Source of the DNA: Saprolegnia diclina VS20
Taxonomy: Eukaryota
Length of the DNA stretch: 51,218 nt
Assembly (NCBI RefSeq): GCF_000281045.1
Contig: NW_008246070.1
Location: forward strand, 1,384,346 to 1,435,563
Direction: 5' to 3'
The notes beneath the pieces are model-generated. The model was not told the DNA's origin. It saw only the letters and a list, made by a program, of their open reading frames with translations, and did not search any database. The translations under genes were made by a program, and so were the position numbers. The stretch's first letter is position 1; every line of letters starts with the position of its first letter. Positions 47,642-51,218 of this stretch are shown in pieces.

Positions 47642-50034
47642 TTAAAAATCCCTTCGATCCGCAATCATCTCGAGGAGGTTGTCGCCGTCGTCCTCGGCGG
47701 CGTCGAGGAGGCTCGGGTACATTTCGACGACGAGCAGCAGCAGGATCTGCATTGCATCGGCGCGCGGAAGACGCCGGAACGACTCAAACTCGTGCGTGGC
47801 CTTGAGGTGACGCTGCAGCTCTCTCGCCGTCAAGAGTTGGTCCGTCGAGTACACGTAATGGTAGTAGCTGTCGACACCAGACGGGAGCGACCCGCGCAAG
47901 TCATCGTCAATGAAGTCGTCAAAGCGCTGGCTAACCCAGTTGGTCGGTCGCGTCGGAAGCGAACTCCGGTGCGTCGACCGCTGCTTCTCGACTATCGACG
48001 GCGCCGACGACGGGCCGTTCACAAAGGTCTGGCTCATCTTGTGCCCAAGCGTGTGGGCGTCGGCCGACTTGATTTGCTTGGGAAATGAGATGGACGACGA
48101 CGACGACCGGTACAAGAGCAGCGGGGGCACACACGCGCAGTGCTCCTTGAGGACGCGCATCCAGTCGTGCATCTCGTCGAGCGTGTCGGCGCCGAGGTAG
48201 TACACGCGCTTCTTTTGCGCGCAGTTGGGCGGGTCCACCTAGCCGACGACAATAGTGTCCTGACATTGACACCACGCTATTCGATGGAGTACCTTGAAGA
48301 AGTAGCCGTGGCGCGGCAGCTTGGCGTCGCGGCCGTTGCACGCTTCGATCGTTGCGCCCTCGAGCGCCACGTAGCCAAGCGGCTGCAACTTTTCCTCTGA
48401 TTTATAGTACGTGAGGCGGCCGTCCTTGAGCACGAACCAGCGGCGCTTCCAGTTTTGCACGAATCCGCCCTAGTACATGCGCGGGTTAGGGTCCTTCAAT
48501 TAAAATAGTCTCTACCTGCTTGACGAGGAAGCCGCGCTTGACCGTGTGCGTCGACATGGACGTCGAGAGTGGCGAGACCGCGACGCTCGGCGCGTGCGGC
48601 TCGTCGGTCGGCGCGATGTCAAACACGAGTTCGATCGAGAACGAGTCGGGAAACCGCTTGTTGCCGTCAGCATCATCAATGTCTTGCTTGAACAGCGTGA
48701 CGCTGTGCTTGGGGTTGTTGCCGCGAAGCATCTGGTACATGCAAAATTGAGCATTTTGACATTCACATTCAGGTTCAGGTTCAACGTACCGAGTGCCGGA
48801 GAAAGTCCGTGTGTACCGTGACGTGGCACATTTGCGACTCTTTTTTGCCGAGGATCGCGCTGCCGTTGGCGTGGAAGACGCGAATGAGCACGTCCCCCTG
48901 CAAATGACACTCGGTCTACAGTAGATTTGTCCAATAACAAGTCTATCCCAGTGGTGACGCACCTGGAAGACGATGCGCGTCATCGGGTCGGACGGGTAGC
49001 TCACAAACGAAGACGAGTCCCACGCACTGTTGTACGTGATTGGCGTCTTGATGTGCTCGGACGGCGCCGGCAACACGTGCAAGAACGGCGTGCACCCGCC
49101 GTTGTCAAAGTTGGGCACGCCCGTCATGACGATTTGTCGTAGAAACTACAGACAACTTGTCATACGCAGTAACCTCGATCGAGGCACGTACGAGGTGGGA
49201 CGCGGCAGGAAGGTCTGGGAGACGGTAGTGAAAGTGGGCAGGCGGTGCGTGGAGCTCGGCGAGTTGCTTGACAAAGTAGTAGATATAGCGCGCTTGGCTA
49301 GGGTACCGGACGCCTTGGCCGCGCCGCTTCCAAAAGATACCGTTCACGGTCCGCACGTAGTCGACGAGCGCTTCGTCCGACTGGTGGTAAATGCTCAAGC
49401 CATACTCGCTACGTCCATCGTCAGCAACCCGACGACCAGATCGTCAAGTTCGTACCGTTCAAAGTACCCCATGAGAATGAGAAAGCACGTGACGACGACG
49501 CCGGTGCGGCCCTTCCCGGCCATGCAGTGCACGACGACCACGTTCTCTTCGTCGGCCATGTACCACGCGGCCATCCGGTTGATGATGTCGAGGAGCACCT
49601 GTCATGCAGTGTCACCGTACGTCACAGCGCGTCCGTATCCATACCTGGAGCGGCGGCGGATGGTGGTCGGGGAACCCGCACTCTTCGACGCGCTGCATGA
49701 ACTTGGCCTTGTCGTAATGGCTATCCCATATAGTCCGTGCGATCAATGAAGGCCACGCCGAGATGCGTACCGCTCGCTGAGGTTGAAGATGAGGTACTTG
49801 TCAAGGTGCTTCTTGTTCAAGAAGGACGCGACGTCGGCGACGTCGTTGCGGTACGTCTTCTCCATGCCCGTCGCCGGGTAGCCCATGGCGAGGACCCTAT
49901 GCATGCAGCTCAGAGGTGCTATCGGCGCGGGCACATGGCGCGTACCGTTCGTTGATGTAGGTCAGGTCGAGGTCGTAGCCGTCGTCCGTGTACCGGTTCC
50001 GGGTGCCCGAGATTGCGTTGCGGAGCACCTTCAT
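47642..50034 (-). CDS. PTEN-like phosphatase + C2 domain + PH domain protein; multi-exon
   Basis: RYTDDGYDLDLTYI, AMGYPA, YRND, YLIFNLSE, FPDHHPP, VHCMAGKGRTG, PSQARY; C2-like MCHVTVHTDF...FPDSFSIELVF; PH KRGFLVKQGGFVQNWKRRWFVL...LGYV...RVYYLGADT..EMHDWMRVL. Confidence 0.93.
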
Positions 50035-51218
50035 CCTTGCTGCACCTGGAAAAGTGAGTCGGTTGCCTCGGCAGCGAGCAGCAACTCCTGTGATTGGCTT
50101 GTTTTGTTTCTATTTTGACCAATCCCGTGCTGTATCAATGACAGGATCGCGTCATCGTGTGGAATTCACTGTCCGCGAAATTTTTTGGCGGCGACCTTCG
50201 ATGTGATATGCAAGTCTTCTGCTGCCTGGTTCAAGTAGCTTGGGTCGTCAATAGCCCTACTGGTGATGAGGAGCGACGGGACTATACTACTACAGCTAGT
50301 ACATTAGAACGCCATTTGTTCGGAGGGGCCCCTCTGCCACGCTAGCTCTCTACAGCGCGTGTTCCGTCGCACCGACGAAGCACCAAATCGTATGGCGACG
50401 AGCGGTTGTAAATCGAGTGCACACTGTCTCTCGCCATCGCGAACGACGTTCTGTACGTTAGCATGAGAGCGAGGTTGACCTGCGATGTGCACGTACTAGA
50501 GAATAGGAGTACCGGTACAGTGTACTCAAATGCCTGACTGGCAGATTGGCGGCCGCTTGAGGGATGCAACCTTGGCGTCTAGGAGCAACACATGTGTCCA
50601 ACAACAATCGTCGCGCATGGTTGTGCGGGCTGGCTGTGCGGGATTGTACGTACAGCAGGTGGTACATCTCCGAGTGCTTCGACGCTCCGTCCTGAAATCC
50701 CAGGGCAGGACGGCAACTTGTCCTACATGAAGGAGACTCTCGGCATTGGAGAGCCTCTGTGGGCCAAGATTGCGGCGCGTTGCAACCGCTCATTTTTTAC
50801 AGGCGCGGGCTAGGGTTGAAGAGGGCCTTTACCTTAAGAGACGCGTGCGCAGGCGCAATTTGCCGTCTTCTCCGTGCATGGGGATCCGTGCGTGCGTAGT
50901 TGAACAAGTCGGTGAAGGGTACAACGACGAGGGTCAGTGGTTTCCACGTAGTGGACGAGGGTCGTATCTGCCCCACGAGAAGGAGTTACCAAAGGAAGAA
51001 GATCCCAACTTCAAGCGGCCGTGGCAAGGACCCAAATTTGATTCCTGCCGAATATGTGGTACGAAATACGCACCTCACCTTTGCATAGCACTGGTGTTCA
51101 CAGCGCGGGTGCCAGGTGACCTCGCTCATTTCATGCCGCGCTTCGCGTAGCAGAGGTGCTTTCAGTTTAATCGACAGATTAGCTATGTGCTAACACTCCT
51201 TGGCTGCATCATGGAGCC

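Noticed and set aside
48757..48790. Hexamer tandem (TTCACA/TTCAGG) in the PTEN-like gene
   Set aside because: Short degenerate microsatellite inside an intron.

Overview
Gene-dense, GC-rich eukaryotic genomic DNA with many very short (about 40-60 nt) GT-AG introns. Gene families and promoter motifs point to an oomycete, probably Saprolegniales-like (inference). About 25 protein-coding genes can be supported: kinesin-3, TMEM237-like, a 28-aa-period ankyrin-repeat protein, a temptin-domain surface protein, a Zn-knuckle/Ig-like/WD40/IQ protein, NAD kinase, an ankyrin-PDZ protein, UPF0696, ABHD/S33 hydrolase, DBP7 helicase, F-box/LRR-like, KDSR, DRE2/anamorsin, GH72, a peroxisomal SDR, PIG-X, a GPI-anchored Cys-rich protein, a membrane-anchored TKL kinase, HSF, a PTEN-C2-PH phosphatase and several orphans. 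I saw no tRNA, rRNA, CRISPR array or intact transposon. Best leads: (1) a signalling trio of a sensor-like TM + unnamed domain + TKL kinase, HSF and a PTEN with altered active-site loops; (2) an apparently intracellular Ig-domain WD40/IQ protein; (3) a membrane-tethered temptin/mucin protein. All family calls come from motif recognition by eye, no searches were run, and spliced-gene coordinates are gene spans.
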